This document shows positions 8,404-18,086 of a stretch of DNA of 64,000 nt, piece after piece. A program made the translations under genes and the position numbers. A model generated the notes under the pieces. The model was not told where the DNA came from. It ran no database searches and saw only the letters and a list, made by a program, of their open reading frames with translations. Source of the stretch: Acidilobaceae archaeon. Lineage in GTDB: Archaea; Thermoproteota; Thermoprotei_A; Sulfolobales; Acidilobaceae. Each line of letters opens with the position of its first letter. The first letter of the stretch is position 1. The stretch is from NCBI GenBank assembly GCA_038897215.1, contig JAWAWX010000001.1, positions 832,001 to 896,000 of the forward strand, given 5' to 3'.

Positions 8404-9032
8404 GTGGAGCAGAGCCTGGAGTAGATAGACTGATAGAGCATATAGTGGAGAAAGCGAGAGAGCAGGCGAGAGACATAGTTAGGAAAGCAGAAGATGAAGC
8501 TAGAAGACTCTTAGAGGAGGCTTTAGCGAAGAAGCACGCGCTCGTAGAGGAGGAGAGGAGAAGAGCAGAGATCGAGGCTAGATGGAGGAGAGAAGCCATA
8601 CTCTCAGAGGCTCGTAGAAGAGCCTCGATGCTATTAGTGGCTTCAGCTAGCAGAGTCTTGAACGAGATAGAGGAGAGAGCCTGGAGGCTCTTGGATAACT
8701 TGAGCCCCGAGACTAGGAGGGCTTCTCTACGAGTATTAGCCGCAGAAGCTCTCGCCTTAATCCGAGACCAGAGAGGTCGGCTCGAATCCAAGCATTTGAC
8801 TATGGTTGTCTCAGCTAGAGACTACGATAGCGCTGTAGAGATAGCTAGAGAGCTTGAGCGCGACTACGGGGTCTACATCGAAGTGAGAAAGGGAGGCATC
8901 AAGGGGGGAGTAATATTAGAGGATGAAGCGGAGGGAGTTATCGTAGATAACAGCTACGAGGCTCGCATGGAGAAAGCTAGGAGAACAGTGTATCTCGATG
9001 TGGGGAGAGAGCTACGGCATGAAGTTGTCTAG
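8400..9032 (+). CDS. atpE: A-type ATP synthase subunit E
   Basis: N-terminal coiled coil, IKGGVIL...VDNSYEAR. Confidence 0.9.
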   Translation: MSGAEPGVDRLIEHIVEKAREQARDIVRKAEDEARRLLEEALAKKHALVEEERRRAEIEARWRREAILSEARRRASMLLVASASRVLNEIEERAWRLLDNLSPETRRASLRVLAAEALALIRDQRGRLESKHLTMVVSARDYDSAVEIARELERDYGVYIEVRKGGIKGGVILEDEAEGVIVDNSYEARMEKARRTVYLDVGRELRHEVV

Positions 9033-9840
9033 AGACGCTGCTAAGGGGTATCTGGCTAGCATTCTGTCCAAGTCTAGCTCTCCCTGGGAGCTCTTGAGCC
9101 TCAAGACTCGAAAAGTAGAAAATCTAGTGTTCCCAGGTCTCGCTATATCTGAGATTCTACAGAAAGGCTATAGAGACCCCGCCCCCGCAATAGTGGCTAC
9201 CTCGTTGAAAAACATAGCTCCAGTCCTGCCCGCGGAGTGCGAGAAGATGGCGCTAGCTCTCTCCTCGATGACTGCTCTCGAGCCTCTAGCGTTAGCGATA
9301 ACCTCAGGCATGAGCTTCCAGGAGGCTACACTCTGGCTGAGAGAGCATGGTGTAGAGTGGAGGTTGCTACTAGAGCTGGTAGAGCCTCCTATCTACGAGA
9401 GGCTCTCTGTCTGTGAGAGCTCTAAATGCCTCTATTTCGCTCTAGCCGATATAGTCGTGGAGACGATTCTGGGATGTGATGAATCCCGGTCGGCTGAGCA
9501 ATTCTCAATCGCTCAGCTCGCTTTAAGGATAGGCGTAGACTCGGCTCTACTTAGCGATAACAAGCGAGCGTATCTAGAGCTTCTTGAGAAACATGGGGTC
9601 GACAGGAGGCTCGTCGAGATAGTCGAGAAAACCGTTGTGAGTTCGAGAGAGAACCCGCTAAAGAGGCTGGAGTTCGAGCTAGAAGCTTGGAGAAGGCTCT
9701 ACGCTGAGTCCGGAGTCTCTCTCTGGGTTTCTCTCGCAGACCTCGTGTCTTTCTACGCTACACTCATTCACTACCTGGGGGTAGCGGCTAGGAGAGTTTT
9801 GCTTGGTGGAGAGCCTTGGCTAGAGAAGCTCAGAGAGTAG
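9019..9840 (+). CDS. atpC: Highly diverged ATP synthase subunit C (assigned by position)
   Basis: Helical ~275 aa protein between atpE and atpF in the K-E-C-F-A-B-D order; no recognisable motif; start may be 8998. Confidence 0.55.
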   Translation: MKLSRDAAKGYLASILSKSSSPWELLSLKTRKVENLVFPGLAISEILQKGYRDPAPAIVATSLKNIAPVLPAECEKMALALSSMTALEPLALAITSGMSFQEATLWLREHGVEWRLLLELVEPPIYERLSVCESSKCLYFALADIVVETILGCDESRSAEQFSIAQLALRIGVDSALLSDNKRAYLELLEKHGVDRRLVEIVEKTVVSSRENPLKRLEFELEAWRRLYAESGVSLWVSLADLVSFYATLIHYLGVAARRVLLGGEPWLEKLRE

Positions 9841-10148
9841 CAGGGATAGCTAGCAGGGGTTTCTCGCTCTTCCTAAAGAATCTGGGTGTTAGAGAGCTCT
9901 GTCTAGCCGAGGACTCTCAAGAAGCTTTCTCTAAGTGCTCGCACATCCTAGACAGAGACGACGTAGCTCTAGTCATAGTCCAGAAGTCTCTCTACTCTAG
10001 AGAGCTCGAGAACAGAGTAGGAGAGCGGAAAGACCTACTAGTAGTCGTGATGCCGGAAAGCCTAGCGGAGCTGAGAGAAGACCCAGCCTTGACATACGAG
10101 GAGTTATTGAGGAAGGTTCTAGGATTTAAGGTGAGGCTAGTCTACTAG
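9816..10148 (+). CDS. atpF: A-type ATP synthase subunit F
   Basis: 110 aa, LGV...DDVALVIV...RKVLG, immediately before atpA. Confidence 0.85.
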   Translation: MAREAQRVAGIASRGFSLFLKNLGVRELCLAEDSQEAFSKCSHILDRDDVALVIVQKSLYSRELENRVGERKDLLVVVMPESLAELREDPALTYEELLRKVLGFKVRLVY

Positions 10149-10161
10149 CCTGGGTGCTTTC

Positions 10162-11958
10162 ATGGAGGTAGCGCGACAGCAGAGACAAGCCAAGGTAAGA
10201 AGAGTGCTCGCCTTCAGAGGAGTCTACGGCCCTCTCGTAGTGGTTGAGGGAGAAGGTCTGAGCATGTACGAGATCGTTCTGATAGGAGAAGAGGAGCTCG
10301 TAGGCGAGGTAGTTGCGATTAGAGGAAACAGAGCCTACGTTCAGGTATACGAGGACACGACGGGAATAGGTCCCGGAGATAGAGCGGTCGCGACTGGAGA
10401 GATGCTCTCTGCAGAGCTAGGCCCGGGGCTTCTAGGCTCTATCTACGACGGTCTCCAGCGAAACGAGACAGAGATGTTCAACCTGACGAGAGATATATTT
10501 GTGAAGAGAGGAGTTAAAGTAAAGGCTCTAGATAGGAGCAAGAAGTGGGCGTTCGAGAAGACGAGAGAGCTAAAGATAGGAGATAAGGTGAGCCCAGGAG
10601 ACGTTATAGGCTATGTTCAGGAAGGGAGAGCTATCACTCATAAAGTCATGGTCCCCCCAGGGGTCAGCGGAGAGCTGAAGTGGATAGCTAGCGATGGAGA
10701 CTACGTGGTCGAAGACACTATTGCTCTAGTGGAGTCTGAGAGAGGAGTCTACGAGGTCAAGCTTTACCAGACGTGGCCTGTCAGAATGCCTAGACCCTTT
10801 AAGCAGAGACTAGAGCCTACGGAGCCCCTAGTGACAGGAATAAGAGTGATAGATTACCTCTTCCCTCTAGCTAAAGGAGGCAAGGCCGCTATCCCGGGAG
10901 GCTTCGGCACAGGTAAAACAGTCTTACTGCAGGAGCTCGCTAAGTGGAGCAACGTCGACGTTGTCGTCTTCGTGGGATGTGGTGAGAGAGGCAACGAGAT
11001 GAGTGATGCTCTAACAAGCTTCAAGAAGCTAGTAGACCCGAGAAGAGGCATACCGATGCTAGAGAGGTCTATCTTCATAGCTAACACTAGCAACATGCCA
11101 GTCATAGCTAGAGAAGCCAGCGTTCTCTTGGGCGCCACGCTGGCAGAATACTATAGAGACATGGGCTACGACGTGCTCCTAGTAGCCGACTCTACTAGCA
11201 GGTGGGCTGAAGCAATGAGAGAGATAGCTGGGAGAATGGAGGAGCTTCCGGCTGAAGAAGGCTACCCAGGGTACCTCGCGTCTAGGCTAGCGGAGTTCTA
11301 CGAGAGAGCAGGCAGAGTGGTAGCACTAGGCAAGCCCGAGAGAGTAGGGAGCGTCACCGTGGTCGGAGCAGTGAGCCCGCCCGGAGGAGACTTCAGCGAG
11401 CCCGTTACCAGAGCGACCATGAGGCTAATCCACAGTCTCTATGCTCTCGACTACTGGCTAGCTACCAGGAGGCACTTCCCCGCGATAAACTGGCTCTTGA
11501 GCTACAGTCTCTACGTTCCCTACGTTGGAGAATGGTGGTCTAAGCTCACTGGAGGATCTTGGGCTAGGCATAGAGAGGAGATGCTCAGAGTCCTCCAGAG
11601 AGAGGCAGAGCTCCAGGATGTTGTTAGAGTAGTGGGCCCAGACGCTCTCCCAGAGGAAGACAAACTAGTCTTAGAGATAGCTAGGATGATAAGAGAATCT
11701 TTCCTCCAGCAGAGCGCCTACGACCCTAGCGACGCGTACTCGCCACCAGAGAAGACAGCTCTTCTAGCCAGAGCCGTGATGGAGTTCTACGAGAGGTCTA
11801 GGAGAGCTCTCAGAAGCGGGGTTAGAGTCTCGGAGATCCGCGAGCTCAAGAGCAGAGCCTTTATCGCGAAGCTGAAGTTCTACGCTGGAGACGAGTTCAG
11901 GAAAGCCTACGAGACGCTAGCCGAGACGATGAGAGAGGAGTTCGGTGAAGCGGTATGA
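10162..11958 (+). CDS. atpA: A-type ATP synthase subunit A
   Basis: [36 protein letters not shown]; no intein. Confidence 0.98.
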   Translation: MEVARQQRQAKVRRVLAFRGVYGPLVVVEGEGLSMYEIVLIGEEELVGEVVAIRGNRAYVQVYEDTTGIGPGDRAVATGEMLSAELGPGLLGSIYDGLQRNETEMFNLTRDIFVKRGVKVKALDRSKKWAFEKTRELKIGDKVSPGDVIGYVQEGRAITHKVMVPPGVSGELKWIASDGDYVVEDTIALVESERGVYEVKLYQTWPVRMPRPFKQRLEPTEPLVTGIRVIDYLFPLAKGGKAAIPGGFGTGKTVLLQELAKWSNVDVVVFVGCGERGNEMSDALTSFKKLVDPRRGIPMLERSIFIANTSNMPVIAREASVLLGATLAEYYRDMGYDVLLVADSTSRWAEAMREIAGRMEELPAEEGYPGYLASRLAEFYERAGRVVALGKPERVGSVTVVGAVSPPGGDFSEPVTRATMRLIHSLYALDYWLATRRHFPAINWLLSYSLYVPYVGEWWSKLTGGSWARHREEMLRVLQREAELQDVVRVVGPDALPEEDKLVLEIARMIRESFLQQSAYDPSDAYSPPEKTALLARAVMEFYERSRRALRSGVRVSEIRELKSRAFIAKLKFYAGDEFRKAYETLAETMREEFGEAV

Positions 11959-13367
11959 GTCTAGCCACGCTGGCTACTACGAGAGTATTGGGGGCTAAGG
12001 GGTCTCTTCTCCTGGTCAAGACACCAGGCAGGGTTACGTATGGAGAGCTAGCTGAGATAGAGGTAGAGGGCGAGGTCAGGCTAGGCCAGGTTGTCTCCGT
12101 GGACAGAGATGTCACTGTCATCCAGATCCTAGGCTCCTCAGCTGGCATAGGCCCCGGAAGGACTGTAGTCAGGTTCGCTGGAGAGCCTATCCGTGCTCCA
12201 GTCTCGGTAGACATGCTGGGGAGGATAATGGACGGTCTCGGTAGACCAGTAGATGGAGGCCCCTCTATAGTTCCCGAGGACTATGTGGATATCCACGGAG
12301 CCCCCCTAAACCCCGCTGTGAGAGTGCCGCCGAGCGAGCCTATAGAGACGGGGATCTCCGCCATAGACGGGCTCCTGACTCTAGTTAGGGGGCAGAAGCT
12401 CCCGATATTCAGTGGCTCCGGTCTACCTCACAACAAGATCGCCATGCAGATAATCGAGCAGGCATCTGTTAGAGGCTCTCAGGAGAGATTCGCTGTCATA
12501 CTCGGAGCCATCGGGGTAACCCACGAAGACGCATACTTCTTCATGTCGCGATTCGAGAGCATGGGGGCAACTGATAGGACAGCCGTGTTCATAGCTCCGG
12601 CCTCGGCCAAGCCTGTGGAGAAGCTGGCTCTACCTAGAGTAGCTCTGACTCTAGCAGAGCACCTGGCTTGGAGGCATGACATGCACGTTCTGGTCATACT
12701 AACCGATATGACGAACTACTGCGAGGCTCTCAGAGAGCTCAGCATAGCTAGAGAAGAAGTGCCCGGGAGGAGAGGGTATCCTGGCTACATGTACAGCGAC
12801 TTAGCAAGCATATACGAGAGAGCTGGTAGAGCTCAGGGGAAGAGGGGGAGCGTGACGATAATGCCTATGCTCACAATGCCAGACGACGACATAACCCACC
12901 CTATCCCAGACCTGACAGGCTACATAACCGAGGGTCAGATAGTGCTCAGCAGAGACATGTTCAGGAAGAGCATATACCCTCCAGTAGACGTCTTCCTCTC
13001 GCTCTCTAGGCTCATGAAGGACGGGATAGGGCCTGGGAAGACTAGAGAAGACCACAGAGAGGTCTTCTACCAGCTCATGTCTTCGTACGCTGAAGGGCAG
13101 TATCTCAGAGAGATCGTGGCGATAGTGGGAGAGGAGAGTCTGAGTGCTAGAGAGAGGAGGTATCTCGAGTTCGCTGACCTCTTCGAGAGGAGATTCATAA
13201 ACCAGGGGGAGAGGGAGAGGAGGACGTTCGAGGAGACTCTAGACATAGCGTGGGAGGTCCTATCAGTCCTCCCAGAAGAGGACCTCACACAGGTCAGAGA
13301 CGAGACTCTGCAGAAGTACCACCCCAGGAGGCGCGGGAGAGCTGGGAGCAGTGTCTCTCCAGCCTAG
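11955..13367 (+). CDS. atpB: A-type ATP synthase subunit B
   Basis: [41 protein letters not shown]. Confidence 0.98.
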   Translation: MSLATLATTRVLGAKGSLLLVKTPGRVTYGELAEIEVEGEVRLGQVVSVDRDVTVIQILGSSAGIGPGRTVVRFAGEPIRAPVSVDMLGRIMDGLGRPVDGGPSIVPEDYVDIHGAPLNPAVRVPPSEPIETGISAIDGLLTLVRGQKLPIFSGSGLPHNKIAMQIIEQASVRGSQERFAVILGAIGVTHEDAYFFMSRFESMGATDRTAVFIAPASAKPVEKLALPRVALTLAEHLAWRHDMHVLVILTDMTNYCEALRELSIAREEVPGRRGYPGYMYSDLASIYERAGRAQGKRGSVTIMPMLTMPDDDITHPIPDLTGYITEGQIVLSRDMFRKSIYPPVDVFLSLSRLMKDGIGPGKTREDHREVFYQLMSSYAEGQYLREIVAIVGEESLSARERRYLEFADLFERRFINQGERERRTFEETLDIAWEVLSVLPEEDLTQVRDETLQKYHPRRRGRAGSSVSPA

Positions 13368-13983
13368 GCTACCTAGAGCAACCAAGATCGAGCTACTCAG
13401 GCTCAAGAGGAGGCTGAGACTAGCCGAGAAGCTGAGAGACCTTCTCCACGATAGGATGACAGTGCTCCTCCAAGAGCTCTACGCTACAGCTCTTCGAGCA
13501 ACAAGACTCAGGAGGAGGCTCAACGAGCTTCTCCAAGAGGCCTACCCGAGCTTCGCTGAGGCATACTCGACTAGAGGAGAGGCTTGTCTCGAAGCGGCAG
13601 CTATGAGCGCCCCCGAGCCAAAAGTGAGGGTTATGACTAGAAGCTCTATGGGCGTGACGCTCCCCCTTGCGGAGCTCGAGAACGCGGGAGTAGCGCTAGA
13701 AGTCTCTATCGTAGAGCTCTCCAAGCTATACTCGATGAGAGCAGAGATCCTGGAGGTGCTCGTAGAACTCTCTGAGGCGGAGAAGTCTCTGAAGACTCTA
13801 GCTACAGAGATACAGAAGACTAGGAGGAAAGTAGAGGCTCTCGATAAGATCCTAATACCTAGACTCAAGACTCTGATAAGGAGTCTGACGATCAAGTTCG
13901 AGGAGATAGAGAGAGAGGAGAGGGTTAGGTCGATAAAAATCAAGAGGATGCTTGAATCCAAGCATGGAGAGTACTCGCTATGA
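13351..13983 (+). CDS. atpD: A-type ATP synthase subunit D
   Basis: [12 protein letters not shown]...[20 protein letters not shown]...ERE. Confidence 0.95.
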   Translation: MSLQPRLPRATKIELLRLKRRLRLAEKLRDLLHDRMTVLLQELYATALRATRLRRRLNELLQEAYPSFAEAYSTRGEACLEAAAMSAPEPKVRVMTRSSMGVTLPLAELENAGVALEVSIVELSKLYSMRAEILEVLVELSEAEKSLKTLATEIQKTRRKVEALDKILIPRLKTLIRSLTIKFEEIEREERVRSIKIKRMLESKHGEYSL

Positions 13984-14450
13984 GCGAGCCAGGAGATATA
14001 GTGGACAAGCTCTTCAAAGCAGAGCTAAGGTATGTGAACAAACACCTTCCCGTAGCGCGCAGAAGCCTAGAGGAGCTCCTCAGCGACCCTCTACCCTGTG
14101 TTCTGCTAAGAGATGGAGGCAAACACTGCTTCAAGAGGAGAGAGCTGGAGAAGCTAGCTGGGCAACTAAGCCCCGAGGATAGGAGGAGACTCTTACTGCC
14201 TATAATCATCCAAGCGAGAAGAGGGGAGAGAGAGCCTCAGTTCGTGGTCGAGGGTCTACTGGAAGCGATAGTAGTTGAGACTCTGCTCGGGCAAAGTCTA
14301 GGAGCTAGAGAGAGAGGCTTCCTAACCCTCTATCCTCTACAAGTGCAAGAACTTCTATCCAGATACCCTACCCTCTTCCAGACCACAGTAGCTCCTCCTG
14401 CCTCGGAGATAGTTGAAGAAGATTTCGGAGAAGTCTCGAGATATGCTTAG
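13980..14450 (+). CDS. DUF61 family protein
   Basis: NKHLP..RRSL.ELL...RDG..H.F...EL, LPII. Confidence 0.8.
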   Translation: MSEPGDIVDKLFKAELRYVNKHLPVARRSLEELLSDPLPCVLLRDGGKHCFKRRELEKLAGQLSPEDRRRLLLPIIIQARRGEREPQFVVEGLLEAIVVETLLGQSLGARERGFLTLYPLQVQELLSRYPTLFQTTVAPPASEIVEEDFGEVSRYA

Positions 14451-15010
14451 AGGAGTTCGAAGAAGCCTCCTGCGCTATGCTGTCTTATCTTCAGCTCGCT
14501 GAGCCTCCTATCGAACTCGCGAACCCACCAGGGGACTCTTAGAGCGCTCCTCTCGACGATCCTAGAGAAAGTGTAGGGCTTTAGGTCTAGCACAGGGGTC
14601 CCGTTGTAGAGGTCGAGCCCCCTTACTCTTATCTCGCTCCTGCCTACTTCGAGTATCTCTACTATCGTTAACGCTATGGGGTTAGGTCTGTGAGGAGAGT
14701 CTGTCGCGAAAACCCCGACCTCAGGTAGCTCTTCGAGCTTGAAGCCGAAAGCAGTAAGCCTCCTAGGCTTCACGGTAAGCGTCCTCCTAGCCTCCGGGGG
14801 GGTTTTGTGCAGGCAGGCTATCACTATGAGGTGGGAGAACTCCTCGAGCCCCCTTAGCCCGCTAGAGTACTCATCGAAGACTACTATGTAGCCTTCTACG
14901 CCGAAGAATGAGGACCTAACCTCTTCATCGCTAGCGTCCGTCTTAACGAAGCCTATAGGCTGGAAGCACTCGCAGCCACGAGTCTCTTCAGCATTGCGAC
15001 ATCTCATCAC
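14447..15010 (-). CDS. tsaA: tRNA (t6A37-N6)-methyltransferase TrmO/TsaA
   Basis: PIG.V, GL.GLEEFSH, GVFATDSPHRPNPI, GLD..NGTPVLDLKPY. Confidence 0.92.
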   Translation of the reverse strand: MMRCRNAEETRGCECFQPIGFVKTDASDEEVRSSFFGVEGYIVVFDEYSSGLRGLEEFSHLIVIACLHKTPPEARRTLTVKPRRLTAFGFKLEELPEVGVFATDSPHRPNPIALTIVEILEVGRSEIRVRGLDLYNGTPVLDLKPYTFSRIVERSALRVPWWVREFDRRLSELKIRQHSAGGFFELL

Positions 15011-15035
15011 AAGTCAGCACCCTAGGGCTCAACAT
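14988..15035 (-). ncRNA. Box C/D guide sRNA overlapping the tsaA start codon
   Basis: C ATGTTGA, guide GCCCTAGGGTG, D' CTGA, C' GTGATGA, guide GATGTCGCAATG, D CTGA; 48 nt. Confidence 0.8.
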
Positions 15036-15124
15036 CGAGTCTTACTCTAAGCTCTCTCCTCCAGTCTCGAGAAAAGCTAGAACAGTTTTTAGCTTAGCTC
15101 TAGCAGATCACACTAGGCTAGCCG

Positions 15125-16327
15125 ATGTTCTCGATAAGCGTTTCTCAGATCGCTCGAAGCGTTTATCTCCTAAGGCTCGAAGATAGAGAGACCTCGTACT
15201 TCGAAGGATTGTGGAGGATGCCGGAAGGCATCACCTACAACGCGTACCTGGTCACGGGACCGGAGGGAGTGGTGGTCGTCGATGGGTGGAAGAGAGGCTG
15301 TGGAGAGCTCTTAGTGAACACTATCAGAGACATCGTAGACCCTAGAGACGTGAGGTTCGTGATAGCAAATCATCTAGAGCCCGACCACAGTGGCTCGCTT
15401 CCCGAGCTGGTCGGCGAGGCGAAGAACGCTGTAGTCCTAGCTCACCCGATAGCAGGGTGGATGCTTGAATCGTTCTACGGGCTCGGCTCCCGGTTTAGGA
15501 GCGTTGCCGACGGCTCGACTCTAGAGCTCTGCGGACTCAGGTTTAGATTCATACACACCCCCTGGCTCCACTGGCCGGACACTATGGTGAGCTACCTGGA
15601 GGACGAGAAGATCCTGTTCACTTGCGACATATACGGCTCCTACGGGGTCCCCTCCGCTGTCTTCTACGAAGACCTGCCCGAGGAGGAGAGAGCGCTGTTC
15701 GAGCGCTACTCCAGGAAGTATTTCGCCAACGTGATAGGAGGGTATCGAGACTGGGTGTCGAAGAATCTAGCTAAGCTCGAGAGCGTTGCCAGAGAAGCTG
15801 GGACCGTGGCGACAGGACACGGCCCCCTCTACAGAGACCCGGGCATCCCATTGAGCCTCTACAAGAGCTTGGCTTCAGAGAAGCCGGCTAAAGGTAAGGC
15901 TCTGGTTGTCTACGGGTCTATGTACGGTTTCTCCGAAGACACGGCTAGACTCGTAGTCGAGGGCTTGAAGCGCAGAGGCTTGACTGTTGTCCTCGCCGGG
16001 TTTACCGATAGGAGGAGAGACGATGAGAGCGAGATAGTGAGCGAAGCCTATGACAGCGAGTACCTTGTCTTCGTATCGCCAACCTACGAGACAGAAGTCT
16101 TCCCTCTACTACGCTATATTGTTGAACTCTTATCCCGCAAGACTCCCGCTTCGAGCAAGAAGACTCTAGCGGTTTCCGTTTACGGGTGGGCGGGAGCGGG
16201 GAGGAAGCTGGGAGAGCTTCTGGCCGGCAGCGGGTTCAGGGTAGTGGAGGTAGTCGAGATAAAAGGGTCTCCAGTCGGGTACGTTGACAAGCTAGAGAAG
16301 GCATTAGACAAGCTAGTCGAGAGCTAG
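15125..16327 (+). CDS. fprA: Flavodiiron protein (FprA, MBL + flavodoxin domains)
   Basis: GITYNAY, HLEPDHSGS, WLHWPD, TCD, GHG, YGSMYG, YGW. Confidence 0.93.
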   Translation: MFSISVSQIARSVYLLRLEDRETSYFEGLWRMPEGITYNAYLVTGPEGVVVVDGWKRGCGELLVNTIRDIVDPRDVRFVIANHLEPDHSGSLPELVGEAKNAVVLAHPIAGWMLESFYGLGSRFRSVADGSTLELCGLRFRFIHTPWLHWPDTMVSYLEDEKILFTCDIYGSYGVPSAVFYEDLPEEERALFERYSRKYFANVIGGYRDWVSKNLAKLESVAREAGTVATGHGPLYRDPGIPLSLYKSLASEKPAKGKALVVYGSMYGFSEDTARLVVEGLKRRGLTVVLAGFTDRRRDDESEIVSEAYDSEYLVFVSPTYETEVFPLLRYIVELLSRKTPASSKKTLAVSVYGWAGAGRKLGELLAGSGFRVVEVVEIKGSPVGYVDKLEKALDKLVES

Positions 16328-16338
16328 AGTCTAGGAGG

Positions 16339-16391
16339 TCGGCACCGGGATCTAACCTCAGCCCCTCGGCCCAGTATGCGGTCCTCATCCC
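16339..16391 (-). ncRNA. Box C/D guide sRNA candidate
   Basis: C GGGATGA, 15-nt guide, D' CCGA, C' GGGCTGA, 15-nt guide, D CCGA; intergenic, 53 nt. Confidence 0.5.
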
Positions 16392-16442
16392 CTCTCTGTC
16401 GAGAGCTGAGGAAAGGTTATAGTCTCGAAGAGAGCGCCTCAC

Positions 16443-18083
16443 TTGGGAGCAATCAGCTTGAGCTGGGCTGAGCTAGTGGTAGAGTACTCGCTAGCGATAA
16501 CCGCTATGGTCGTGGCGCTAGAGCTAGCTACTGCTAGAGTGGGCTCCAAGCTCCCCGGCTTGCTCTCCCTCCTCTACTCAGTCGTGGTGTCAGCCGGGTT
16601 CGGGGCTGTAGCACTCGATGTGGTTAAGCGCGGAGAGCTTCGAGAGCTCAGCCTGGAGGTGGGGCTTTTCAGCCTCCCTCTCGTAGTGACCCCCATATCT
16701 GCTCCGATAATACTGATCACGTGCCTAGTAGCTCCCTTCATATCTCTGTACTCCATAAACTACCTCAGCTACTACGGCCTCCCTGTTGGGAGATTCTACC
16801 CCATATACTCTGCCACCATTCTCTCGATACTTGTCTACTTTGCTGCCGGAGACCTCGTCACCTTCCTGATAGCTATGGAGGTCGCCTCAATCCTGACAGG
16901 GCTTCTAGTAGCCTACAAGCTGGGCTACGAGGAGATCTCCTCTGCTCTCAAATACATCTTCGTATTCGTAGCCGTCGACAAGTTAGCGATAGCCGGAGCG
17001 GGGATAGCCTGGGCGCACACTGGGTCTCTGAGGATACCCGACTCCCTAGCGTTACTCGGAGCTATCCCGGACTCGGAGGTAGCGGTCCTCTCCCTGCTCC
17101 TCCTCCTAACCGCCTTCATCACGAAAGCCACTCTAGCTCCTATGAGCTTCTGGCTCATATGGGCTATGGATGCTCCCTCTAACGTCTCCGCTCTCTTCCA
17201 CTTCGGGATCATAATACTGATGGGGGTCTATGGTATCGCTTTGACAGCGCTCCCCGCTCTGTCGTCGGAGAAGCTAGCGCTAACAGCTGGCTGCCTAGTC
17301 GTCCTCGGGGGCGCTGTGGGAGCGGTAATAGCGTCAGCAATGATGCTCGTCACGAGAGACGTGAAGCACCTCGTAGGCTTAAGCACTATAGAGAACGCTG
17401 GGCTTACAGCAGTGTGCCTAGGCGGCTCTATAGCCTTACTCCACACGAACCCCTGGCTCTCATCTATGCTCTTAGCAACTGCTTACCTGCACTCGCTAGC
17501 GCACGCTTACTCGAAGGCAGCGATGTTCATGAGTGCTGGTTGCCTCGTCACTCTAGCTCACCACTCTAGGGAGATCGACGACCTCGCGGGGCTCTCCAGA
17601 TTAGCCCCTGCTACCGGCGCCTTCCTCGCGCTCATAGCTCTATCTATGGCGGGTGCTCCACCCTCCCTCATGTTCGCCAGCACTCTCCTCATAGCCGCGT
17701 CTACGCTAATGGCTGCTCTCGAGTTTATGTTCATGGCTGTAGGATTCGCTTCAGTGATCCTAGCTCACGTATTCGCTTCTCTAGCGTACCTAAGGCTGGT
17801 GAAAAAGGTAATCTTCGAGGAGGCTAGAGTAGAGGAGCCCGTGGTGGTTGGCGACGACGCGGTTATGCTCGCTCCACAAGCCGGACTGATGGCAGCGAGC
17901 TTCGCAAGCCTAGCCCTCCTGCCCGCTATATCGGGGCTCTTCGAGGCTCCAGCTGAGTACCTGGGGCTCCCCGTAGCTCTCCCGGCTCGCGTTCTCGAGG
18001 CTCTATCAGTAGCTGCTCTAGCGACAGCTATCCCAGCTCTAGCCGTGCCTATAGCGCTGGCTTTGAGGAAGGAGAGGTGGTAG
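16443..18083 (+). CDS. Antiporter-like membrane subunit (MrpA/NuoL/HyfB family)
   Basis: AMEVAS, TKATLAP..FWL..AM.AP..VSALFH, KHLVGLST, AHA.SKA..F, G.PP. Confidence 0.88.
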   Translation: MGAISLSWAELVVEYSLAITAMVVALELATARVGSKLPGLLSLLYSVVVSAGFGAVALDVVKRGELRELSLEVGLFSLPLVVTPISAPIILITCLVAPFISLYSINYLSYYGLPVGRFYPIYSATILSILVYFAAGDLVTFLIAMEVASILTGLLVAYKLGYEEISSALKYIFVFVAVDKLAIAGAGIAWAHTGSLRIPDSLALLGAIPDSEVAVLSLLLLLTAFITKATLAPMSFWLIWAMDAPSNVSALFHFGIIILMGVYGIALTALPALSSEKLALTAGCLVVLGGAVGAVIASAMMLVTRDVKHLVGLSTIENAGLTAVCLGGSIALLHTNPWLSSMLLATAYLHSLAHAYSKAAMFMSAGCLVTLAHHSREIDDLAGLSRLAPATGAFLALIALSMAGAPPSLMFASTLLIAASTLMAALEFMFMAVGFASVILAHVFASLAYLRLVKKVIFEEARVEEPVVVGDDAVMLAPQAGLMAASFASLALLPAISGLFEAPAEYLGLPVALPARVLEALSVAALATAIPALAVPIALALRKERW

Positions 18084-18086
18084 AGA

